Shown in pieces: positions 1 to 8,903 of a DNA stretch of 11,118 nt; the first letter of the stretch is position 1, and every line of letters begins with the position of its first letter. This stretch comes from Amoeboradix gromovi X-113 (taxonomy: Eukaryota > Fungi > Sanchytriomycota), in assembly GCA_018985225.1 (NCBI GenBank), contig JADGIF010000316.1:1-11118 (forward strand), given 5' to 3'. Below the pieces are notes generated by a model that had not been told where the DNA came from, made no database searches, and saw only the letters and a list, made by a program, of their open reading frames with translations. Position numbers and translations under genes: made by a program.

Positions 1-116
1 TGAACGAGATGCAGGGTGTTCTACTTTTATTTTGAAGAGGGGATTGAAGGTAATGAAAGAAAATTGGTATAATAGAAGATCTTTTATTAATGATAGCATT
101 TCATCCGTATGGAGCA

Positions 117-433
117 CCTCCTTTAAAAACGAGTTAGTCTAGTTTTTATATTTGGTATCCCAAATGTTAGTCGACATGAAACAATTGTGGAGGACGCTTC
201 TACTTGCCTTGCCCGGGATGAGTATGTCAAGTATATGTTCATTGCTGTCAAATGGTCTCTATCTACTTCCATATGACAGTTATAAGTTTTTATGTCTCCA
301 GATTTGCTTTCATTAGGGTGCCTAACCTTTTACACATTTGACCAGTCAGCGGTCTATTACATTGCACCATTGTGTTTTCTTTATTTGAATGATAGTTTGA
401 ACTAAGAGCAGTTTCAGAATGTAAATGGTACAT
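117..433 (-). pseudogene. Highly decayed 3' remnant of a Fanzor2/TnpB-like element (copy A)
   Basis: Manual minus-strand translation gives NKENTMVQCNRPLTGQMCKRLGTLMKANLET* then, after a 1-nt frameshift, NCHMEVDRDHLTAMNIYLTY. This aligns with the copy B/C consensus (NQRGKTxxECNEAFTSQTCTRCGTLKKTNLETYTCTNCHLKIDRDHMAARNIYIKY). The minus-strand terminus TTTTAAAGGAGG resembles copy B TTTTAAAGAGGAG. Homology may extend weakly to ~504 (YVNIYIS vs YDLIYLP). Confidence 0.8.
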
Positions 434-1015
434 TTACTATAGCTAAGCAATGCCTTTAAACATAAAATATTCTAGCTGTATTGATATGTAGATATTAACA
501 TAGCGGAAAAAAAGGAGTATCGTGGATTTGTTCGCTTACAGATTTATTATAAGAAGATGTGTTTAGCCACAGGAAATTGTTTATTCGATTGAAATCGACA
601 GTGGCGGCACTTCAATCCCTCAATCTCTTTAGATGATTTAACTTCAAGAAGAGAATGGATTAAGTGCCAAGCTTTTAAGGATCTGCCGAATAAGATTAAA
701 AATAGTAAACTTATTTAATAACGCTTATTGAACCAGTAGGATGTTACTTTGGAAACTATCATTGGTGAAAAACTTTCACAAACCCTACGCAACTGGCAAA
801 TATAAAGGACGAGCCGCTAACGCATTTCTCTAGAGTTGAGGTGGTTGCAAGTGGAATTCCGTCCATTTTAGTTTCCGGATTCATAAATCATTCAACTAAT
901 AAGTGACTAGTACAAGGAATGCTATGTAAAGATTACTTTGTTTAGTTTTCCCATCTGTCATACTCAGCCTTCTCGCTTGCTATTAATGTTGCAATCTACA
1001 AAAGTTGAATATTAA

Positions 1016-2821
1016 TTAGAAATATTGTTTATTTTTCATAAAGTTCCTAGCTTTTTCGTAATTAGTTGACTTGAATTCCTCATTTGTAGATTTTATAAAT
1101 TCAAACAAATTGTCAAATTTTGATTTTATGCAGCATGCATGAATGTAGTTTAACGTTGGAATATTGATCAGTAGTCCTGTACTTGAGTCCAATGGATAGA
1201 AGGTTTTCTTACTCATCAGTAGTGATTGTCTATCAAATATGGCGATAAGTTGCTGTACTAGATTACCTGGTTCAAATATCATTTGCAGAGTGCAATGGTT
1301 CGGGAGAGAAATTAAAATACTTGCTATTATCGTGCAATCGCAAACTGGTATGCTTACAACATCTGACCCCATTGTTGTGTACTGCAATACAAACACGTAA
1401 ATTCTTTGAAATTTCAGTATGTTGTGTTTTAAAATACTTACCAATTGGGACTGTCCTATGTTCTTATTTTCATTGTTTATTTGTGAAAATAGAAACCCAT
1501 TTATAATGACTACAGCAACTGACTCATCAACAATTATTGTTGGCATTGTTTCCGCTAATTTCGTGTTTCCACTAATTTCTACCATATCCGTACAGCTGGA
1601 CATAATTAGTTTAGTCAACAACTTGTTATTCAACAGCAATGGATTAACAACAATTATAGCGCTTGATTTATTCAGTTTTATTTTTGCCGCTAGTTTTATA
1701 GGTGTTTTTTTTTCAAGTTCTTTTTTGGTTGTGATGACAATACCAGGGCCTTTTACACCAAGAGCGCTATTCATCAGCGAATCGATTTTAATTTTAACAA
1801 TCTTTTTCGACTCCAGTTGGCGGCTTGGAATCGAATCCACCGCAGTATTTGAACTGGGTTCAGAATTTTCGATTATCTCAAAGATTTCTTGCACAGATTT
1901 ATCAGAGTGAGTCTCTTTTTCTTTATTATTCCTGCTCTCAGAATTAACAGAAGTCGGTATAAATGGCATCAAAGTCATCGCGATATTGAAATCGTTGAAA
2001 ATAGCGTGGTTCCAGTTCAATAAATGCTCACGGTCAGAAAAAATCAAGAAGGAGAGGTTTAATGCTTCCTCAGTACAAGGCTGGCTATACGGAGTGAAGG
2101 CAGGTAAATTAAACTTCCATTGTTCAAACGGAGAGTAAGTCGACAACAAGTAGTCTGATTCCAGCGTCTTTATGAACTGCAGCGAAGACTTTGATTTAGT
2201 GGTCAAACAGATGCCAGTCTCAATCTGATCATTTAGAGAAATATCAGATGAAATTAGAAAAGGTTGCGTTTTTAATTTTTTAACGTTTGGAGACGCAAAA
2301 ATTAAATTATCAAGAGTGTATGGCAAGCGTCTCTTCTTAGCCAGTTTAACTGGAGTTGCCTCTTGAACTGCCCATCTATTACCATTATTTAAAACCTTTA
2401 CAAGAATGTTGTTGGCATCAAATGCATCATTTGCTGGATCTAATGGAGCAAAAATGTCCTTTTTTCCATTTTCCAACAACATCAGAGGCACTAATAGAAG
2501 GTTTGGTGGTTTTTTAGGAATCAACAGAGAAGTATAAATCGAGAGAATGTTATTTCGCTCCTCACCAGAAAGATCATAGGTGCCTAATAAGTGTTTCCAT
2601 TTCAAATTTAACTTGATCTTTTCAGGCTTCAAGTCTACTTTAAATGGGACCAAAAAAGGCATTTTTGATCCAATTCTTATTGTCTCCATGGGAATCTGTA
2701 ATAAACCAGTTCCAACCTTAAAAGATACGTCATAGGAAAACATTGTATCTTTTTCAGTCAATTCCAGTGTTTTCATGGGCTGAAATTGACCTAAACCATA
2801 TTCTACAAGTCTGCACAACAT
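1016..2821 (-). CDS. SHOC1: SHOC1/Zip2-like protein with a C-terminal, probably inactive, XPF/ERCC4-like domain and HhH motif (putative meiotic ZMM crossover factor)
   Basis: 601-aa ORF from the first ATG at 2821 (the track starts at TTG 2830). C-terminal PTIIVDESVAVVII...LKFQRIYVFV and LLINIPTLNYIHACCIKSKFDNLFEFI resemble the ERCC4-like core and HhH of SHOC1/Zip2 as I recall them. No ERKxxxD nuclease motif is present. The ORF is solid; the family call and start codon are less certain. Confidence 0.55.
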   Translation of the reverse strand: MLCRLVEYGLGQFQPMKTLELTEKDTMFSYDVSFKVGTGLLQIPMETIRIGSKMPFLVPFKVDLKPEKIKLNLKWKHLLGTYDLSGEERNNILSIYTSLLIPKKPPNLLLVPLMLLENGKKDIFAPLDPANDAFDANNILVKVLNNGNRWAVQEATPVKLAKKRRLPYTLDNLIFASPNVKKLKTQPFLISSDISLNDQIETGICLTTKSKSSLQFIKTLESDYLLSTYSPFEQWKFNLPAFTPYSQPCTEEALNLSFLIFSDREHLLNWNHAIFNDFNIAMTLMPFIPTSVNSESRNNKEKETHSDKSVQEIFEIIENSEPSSNTAVDSIPSRQLESKKIVKIKIDSLMNSALGVKGPGIVITTKKELEKKTPIKLAAKIKLNKSSAIIVVNPLLLNNKLLTKLIMSSCTDMVEISGNTKLAETMPTIIVDESVAVVIINGFLFSQINNENKNIGQSQLVSILKHNILKFQRIYVFVLQYTTMGSDVVSIPVCDCTIIASILISLPNHCTLQMIFEPGNLVQQLIAIFDRQSLLMSKKTFYPLDSSTGLLINIPTLNYIHACCIKSKFDNLFEFIKSTNEEFKSTNYEKARNFMKNKQYF

Positions 2822-2875
2822 TTGTTTCAAAGATATAATTAAGCAGATTCAAGTTATTAAAGTTTACTGTTATAC

Positions 2876-3403
<528 letters not shown>

Positions 3404-3415
3404 TTAATATACTTT

Positions 3416-3823
3416 TACTCCTCTTTAAAAGTCCTGATTTCCGAGAAAATCAAGAATTTCCGCAGAGAAACTAGCAATGCTAGATGCTCCGTTATAGTGA
3501 TTGCTCACACTTTCACTACTCTGAGGCGGGATTGAATAACCTTGCTGCCATATGATCTCTATCTATCTTCAAATGACAATTTGTACATGTGTATGTTTCT
3601 AAGTTGGTTTTTTATAGTACCACACCTTGTACATGTCTGACTAGTAAATGATTCATTGCATTCGACCATCGTCTTTCCTCTTTATTTGCACTTGAACTTC
3701 AAGTGTTCCTTGAATGCGTAATGGGACATTGTAGCCATGTTTCTTGCGACCTTGCTCGACAAGCTACTTGTCATTTGACTAGTATTGAACGATGGTAAGT
3801 ATATCAGATCATAAGTCTTTGTG
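3416..3823 (-). mobile_element. 5'-truncated Fanzor2 element (copy B): 3' part of the nuclease pseudogene plus right end
   Basis: About 90% identical by manual count to 10322-10751. Encodes TKTYDLIYLPSFNTSQMTSSLSSKVARNMATMSHYAFKEHLKFKCK*RGKTMVECNESFTSQTCTRCGT / NLETYTCTNCHLKIDRDHMAAR. Lesions are a stop at 3682-3684, a 2-nt deletion at ~3608-3613 and a 26-nt deletion at 3539/3540. Confidence 0.92.
3418..3539 (-). ncRNA. Putative omegaRNA (fRNA) scaffold of copy B, first hairpin deleted
   Basis: Conserved with copy C between RuvC-III and the element end. Hairpins in RNA sense: GUGA-GCAA-UCAC; CGGAG..CUAGC-AUU-GCUAG..CUCUG; UCUUGAUUUU-CUCG-GAAAUCAGGA. The position matches known TnpB/Fanzor omegaRNAs. 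There is no expression evidence. Confidence 0.55.
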
Positions 3824-5465
3824 TACTGTACCTGTTAGTTATTTCTTTAGAATTGATTTACCATTTGCGAAAAGGAGGAATATCGAGTGTTTAAGGTATT
3901 AGAAAAATCTGGAAAAGTGTTGAAATGATACAAAAATATACACAAATTCGCGATAAATGATTTATTCAAGAAAATAGTCAAGCTGCATTACAGTTTGGAT
4001 AACCTCATGTAGAATTTTCTATAACTTATCACCTGTGGGCGGATACTCACCGCTACCAATTACCGTTCTTTGCCAGCCAGGACTAACGCCTAAACTTTCT
4101 ATGACCGGGGGATTGCTATAACATACATTCGCATCTCGATTTATGAGAACCCCCAGAGTGGACACACTGGCTTTGTCTTGAAAATCCGCGAGATCATCAA
4201 GTACTGTTATATTTGCCATCATTCCAATGTCAGATAGAGCATGATTTGGAAGTATTTTACTCTGCAGGAAGCAAAACAATGTTCGTGTACCAAGTGAGTA
4301 GACCAGTCTCTTGGCTTGGATACTAAATGACCCTTTATGTTGTGGGTATAACCTGAATCAACATAGTATACAGCGCATCATGTTCTTTTGCTTTCTCGTA
4401 TCTGATTTGTTGGATGACAATTCCAACACTATTTTCCATATTAAGCTGACAACCGTAGTTGAACTTGCTAGAGCTAATGATGATTTAATGTTAATTTTTC
4501 AAAGTCCCAAAGATTTTCAGTGTTGCTTAATACGTAGTCTTTGCATGCTAATTTATTTATGACTTATTACAACGGTATGAGAATTACATTTTCGTGTTGG
4601 TATAGGCACAGACATGGAAAGTGCAATTAATAGTAAGTGGAAAATGGCTATTCTTCATGCGATGTCAAGTTAACAATTATTGACCTCAGTTTTATATTAC
4701 ATAATTCTCACATCTAAGAGAATGATATAGCAGTTTGGTACATCTTGGTAGTGGTTCTGCTATCTTTTTTTCTGCATAAGCATAACTCTTCAATTTTTAA
4801 AAAAGAAAAATGTCAAAATATTTTGTTGAAATTATTTGTCGAAAATTCATCAATTGTTTTACCACGTTTCGTAAAAGCACTTTGTCATTGGATTGAACCT
4901 TATCACGTTCTCTTTATGGTACTTGGTGCCGGTTAGTTGGTATTCTTCCGAGGAATATATTATCATTTGCTAATATTCCAAACCAAAAAGCATTGTGTTT
5001 CTGGTTATTCAGCTGGATGTGCTAGTACAAAAATCCGTTCTAGGTAACAATGGACAGAATATTACTTTAAATAGAGTACGAAATTGACGCACCTTCCCTA
5101 TTCCAATTTTTGTTTACTATAGTAATTAATGCATTTGGATCCACCGTATATAAAATCAAGTTGCTATTAAAATACATCACAGTTTTAGTGAATTAAATCG
5201 CATGTTTTATAATACAGAGTCGGAGTTTAAAAATGTTTTAACGTATGAAATTGGATGTAATACAAATAAATAATTGAGAGTTCAAACATAATTTCTCATG
5301 TGACACACTCGGCTATATACGCCTAAATATGGCAGGCAATCAAGCATTCGGAAGCAAAGATTCATAAACATTAAATTTTTAATCCAGCAAACAAATTGAC
5401 CCGATAATTAGTCTGTAACTCTGCGCAAGATTAAAGTGATAGGGACAGATCGTAAACACACCTCG

Positions 5466-6227
5466 ATGTACTCAAATGAAGTAAATTTTTTATCCCACAT
5501 GTTATTTGGCGCATGCTGGACAGTATTTATTCAAGGGATTGTTAAGTGTCTTGTAGTTTTTCAAAACAAATCAGCAGTGATATTTAAAATAAGCGTACTT
5601 GGGCTTTTTTGTGCTATTATTGAAGCTACTGCACTGGCGTCTTCACTATACCTTGGTGCAGATATTAAATTGGTAACATACGTGGTTGTACCATTTTGGT
5701 TCGTAATGATTCAAGCTGCTAATTGGGTTTATTGTCTGAGAATCCGATCTATGGGGGGATATTACTCAAAGCATGATAAATATATTATTTACATACCCTG
5801 GATAATATTCGTGCTCCAGGTTCCTTACGTTGTAATTTCTATTCTGGTGATACATCAGCCTGCATATAACCAACTTAACACAATTTGGGGAATCAGCTTC
5901 AGCATTGCGATTTCATTATTAGAGATATACTTGTATTTGGTACTTTTGGCAAAGCTAAGAGTGTTCTTGGAGTATAGGCCTAACTTAAAGACAGCCTTAA
6001 GTTATGAGTTGACCGGCGGATTGCTACTGATATTGATATTAGAATTGCTATTGATTTTCGTAATAGTATTTCTCAGCCAGTTGAGCGGTATGCTTCGTCC
6101 GTTTACCTACATCCTGCGTTTGATGATAGTAGTGAAATTTTATGATGAGCTGATTATGGATTTGGGTTCCTCCGAACTAAGTGTAACTAGGGACACGAGT
6201 GCTGTTCTCAGCAATGAAGAGCCATAA
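5466..6227 (+). CDS. 7-transmembrane GPCR-like orphan membrane protein, paralog 1 (253 aa)
   Basis: First ATG at 5466 (the track uses GTG 5436). About seven hydrophobic segments. Shares LSHM.xGAxW, WxYCxRIxSxGGYYSKHDxYI, ExYxxxVLxxKxxxFLExR and LRxxxYxxRxxxxxxFY with the other two paralogs. Confidence 0.85.
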   Translation: MYSNEVNFLSHMLFGACWTVFIQGIVKCLVVFQNKSAVIFKISVLGLFCAIIEATALASSLYLGADIKLVTYVVVPFWFVMIQAANWVYCLRIRSMGGYYSKHDKYIIYIPWIIFVLQVPYVVISILVIHQPAYNQLNTIWGISFSIAISLLEIYLYLVLLAKLRVFLEYRPNLKTALSYELTGGLLLILILELLLIFVIVFLSQLSGMLRPFTYILRLMIVVKFYDELIMDLGSSELSVTRDTSAVLSNEEP

Positions 6228-6426
6228 GGCTGCCTCAGCGACAAGGTGATCAAGTAAAACACGTTTTTATTTGAAATTATTTCTTTTTAGTTTTGTAATA
6301 CCATATTGGCTATAAAGATAGAGCATATGCTGAAATCTGTTAATCGATCAATTTAAGAAATTCAAGTTTGCCCGTCAGCGTCAAGCATGAAAGTTTTAAA
6401 AAATGGGGCGGTTCGGTTGAAACGAC

Positions 6427-7185
6427 ATGGCAATTTTGATAGATGCATATATTTTATTAATGTTGTCACATATGGTTTTAGGAGCGAGTTGGCTGCTGTA
6501 CATTCAAGGGATGATAAAATGCTTATTCATATTTAAAAACAAAACCAGTACAATATCTTTAATTTGCATATTGGGTCTAACGTGTGCAATTATAGATGTT
6601 ACAGTATTAGTGAGCGGGATATATTCGGATGAAAAATATGCAATCGATGTAGTTATTGTTGCTCCATTTTGGTTTATAATGATCCAATGTGCAAGCTGGA
6701 TATACTGTATCAGAATACAATCTATTGGTGGTTATTACTCAAAACATGACAGATATATCGGTTATGTACCGTTGATTATTTTAGGCTTTCAGATACCTGC
6801 AGTTATATTCACTGTTTTGGCACTGTTTATGACTCAGTATCGTGAGATGGGTATAGTTTGTGGTATTGTCTTGAGCGTGGCTATAACGATACTAGAAATA
6901 TATATGTTTTCTGTCTTAATAATAAAGCTGCAAATATTCTTAGAATTTAGGGAAAACACTAAAAGCATTTTGATATATCAAATGACTGCGGCATTAGCCT
7001 TGATGGTTGTACTAGAGATTTTACTGATTATTTCAAAGGCTGTGTTTTACAAATTTGACGTTATTCTTAGGCCTTTCACTTATCTGTTACGAATAGTTAT
7101 AGTATTACAATTTTATGATGAATTGCTGTCTGATTTGGACTCCATACCCTTGAGCAATCTGGTGGATCGCAAAGACGACGAATAA
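6427..7185 (+). CDS. 7-transmembrane GPCR-like orphan membrane protein, paralog 2 (252 aa)
   Basis: Tandem paralog with WIYCIRIQSIGGYYSKHDRYI and LRPFTYLLRIVIVLQFYDELL. AATAAA at 7181-7186 and 7191-7196. GGGGCGG just upstream at 6405-6411. Confidence 0.88.
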   Translation: MAILIDAYILLMLSHMVLGASWLLYIQGMIKCLFIFKNKTSTISLICILGLTCAIIDVTVLVSGIYSDEKYAIDVVIVAPFWFIMIQCASWIYCIRIQSIGGYYSKHDRYIGYVPLIILGFQIPAVIFTVLALFMTQYREMGIVCGIVLSVAITILEIYMFSVLIIKLQIFLEFRENTKSILIYQMTAALALMVVLEILLIISKAVFYKFDVILRPFTYLLRIVIVLQFYDELLSDLDSIPLSNLVDRKDDE

Positions 7186-7685
7186 ACTTTAATAAATAAC
7201 TTGCTTTTATTTTGAATTTTCTTTAAGATCGTTAGACCTAGTCAAGCAGAATACATCTAGATCTTATCACATATACTTCAAGCGATAACCAGTTGTCTCT
7301 AACTCACATTCTTTTGTTCAATACTCAGGAATCAGCAAAGCAGCATATTTCTGCCCTAGCTTCTCGTTTGCATACTTCTTTACTAAGTCAATTTTTGCTC
7401 ATTTAATTGTCTATCATCTAATTTCGTGTTTACAGTCAACACTTTTGTTGGAGTCTCGCACTTTTATAGGATCAGGAACACCTAATGAGTGAGTATGTTG
7501 CAGCGATAGATTTGATGTTATAAATTTCATCGACTGCGATTTATGTCCTAAGGGATGGATTTAGCATCTAATTTTAAATCTTTCTACGTTAATCTAGTAA
7601 AAAAGTTAAATTTTAGCCCTGAATTTTGAAACCAAGTCTTATTGGCCGTGCCACGTGTTGTTTTTAGGTAACCGCATCTTCCACA

Positions 7686-8852
7686 ATGAGTCAAATGCTG
7701 CTTTTAACCGCCCTGAATGCCGTATTGGCCCCAAAGAGTTTGAAAGTATACTGCAAAATTAGCGAAGCGAATAGCCCTGAGTACTTCACGCTACCTCAGA
7801 TTGATTATCTTATTGCGGACACGCCAGTCAATTTACAATTGTTTAGTAGAAAAAATGATAAAATTGACATTAGTTTTAAAATTGAAGTACCGTCACGTTC
7901 TAGTTCTGGGCCAAAGCGAGCTAGGCTGGCAAATCAAGAACGATTGAAAATTTCTGCTTTCGGAGAGCTAACAGAGACTTTGAGGCTGCACTCGGATGAC
8001 AATGGGTATCGTTTTGAAGATCGCAATCAATTAGTTTACTTAAACTCTGACAAATTTATTCTGGAGTGCGGTGAAAATGAGTACAAATATGATGCTCCTT
8101 CCCATCAAAAGGTTACTTGCACTGCTAAAGTAAACAATGGATTCAGTTACTCAAGTATTCTAGATGTATATATGGATAAAAACGAAGAGTTTGAATTTAA
8201 CGAGGTATCAGCAACCGTTCAATTCTCTCATTTTGAAAATTTGTTTGAGATTTTTGCTGAAACTGTTGTGCCCGAAATTGGAACATTTTCTGGAGTGATT
8301 AAAGGTAAAATGGAATGGAACAGAGTGGTATATGAAAAGCCACTTTTTATTGAATACCAGGACGTTGATAAAAATCATTATGAACTGAAGTTCAAGGGTT
8401 ATGTTGAAACGGATGAGCAACTGAATCACTTGTTGCTTACAAAAGAGGAAGTTGAAACTTTAAAAAATGCAGCAATCGAAGCCACACATCATTCGCATTC
8501 GCCGTATTCTGGTTTTCCAGTTGGCTGCGCGTTATTGGGCACCAATGGGAAAATATATACAGGATGCAATGTCGAAAATTCTGCTTTTCCTTCGTCAATG
8601 TGTGCAGAGCGAAACGCTCTTGCCTCTACAAAATTTAGCGAGCTGGATTTAAGAGCTGTTGCTATCGTAGCACCGAATATGAAAGATGGAGTTATTACAC
8701 CTTGTGGGGCTTGTCGGCAATCACTTCGTCAGTACTCCAGTAATGCACTTGTATACTGTTTTGGCAATAAAGGGGAACTTCTGACTACATCCATGGAGGA
8801 AATCCTTCCACATTCATTTGGTCCAAGTTCCCTTCCTAAAGGTGAGACATAA
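7686..8852 (+). CDS. CDA: Cytidine deaminase (homotetrameric CDA type) fused to an uncharacterised ~250-aa N-terminal region
   Basis: The C-terminal ~140 aa contain SPYSGFPVGCALL, GCNVEN, the zinc/catalytic motif CAERNAL and PCGACRQ, and end in LPHSFGP. This is one continuous 388-aa ORF. I do not recognise the N-terminal part. Confidence 0.9.
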   Translation: MSQMLLLTALNAVLAPKSLKVYCKISEANSPEYFTLPQIDYLIADTPVNLQLFSRKNDKIDISFKIEVPSRSSSGPKRARLANQERLKISAFGELTETLRLHSDDNGYRFEDRNQLVYLNSDKFILECGENEYKYDAPSHQKVTCTAKVNNGFSYSSILDVYMDKNEEFEFNEVSATVQFSHFENLFEIFAETVVPEIGTFSGVIKGKMEWNRVVYEKPLFIEYQDVDKNHYELKFKGYVETDEQLNHLLLTKEEVETLKNAAIEATHHSHSPYSGFPVGCALLGTNGKIYTGCNVENSAFPSSMCAERNALASTKFSELDLRAVAIVAPNMKDGVITPCGACRQSLRQYSSNALVYCFGNKGELLTTSMEEILPHSFGPSSLPKGET

Positions 8853-8863
8853 ACAATTTTGTG

Positions 8864-8882
8864 AAAAATAAAGTTTATTTTT
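8864..8882. terminator. Palindromic bidirectional polyadenylation signal between convergent genes
   Basis: AAAAATAAA-G-TTTATTTTT gives AATAAA on + (8867-8872) and on - (8874-8879). It lies in the 51-bp gap between the CDA stop (8852) and the paralog-3 stop (8904). Confidence 0.55.
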
Positions 8883-8903
8883 AAAGTTTACCGCGTTGTG
8901 TTT

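Noticed and set aside
535-565. Plus-strand ATAAGAAGAT match to the Fanzor HKKIC region (possible inverted fragment)
   Set aside because: Only a 10-nt AT-rich match, and the flanking translation does not align convincingly.
1321-1910. Plus-strand ORFs 1321-1506 and 1419-1910
   Set aside because: Antisense shadows of the 601-aa gene with no recognisable motifs.
2822-2875. Metazoan-type histone 3' stem-loop after H3
   Set aside because: No GGYYYU-UYUH-ARRRCC-like hairpin is present, consistent with a polyadenylated fungal histone mRNA.
4019-4936. Short ORFs 4019-4279, 4311-4562 and 4745-4936, including a GMMANITV stretch faintly like a multicopper oxidase C-terminus
   Set aside because: Non-ATG starts, no HCH copper motif and no family support.
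6085-6150. 7TM proteins as opsins (Lys in TM7 of paralog 1, IVVKFY)
   Set aside because: The Lys is Q or E in the other two paralogs, and no retinal-pocket motifs are recognisable.
8208-8652. ORFs 8208-8429 (-) and 8467-8652 (+)
   Set aside because: Alternative-frame or antisense overlaps of the CDA fusion gene.
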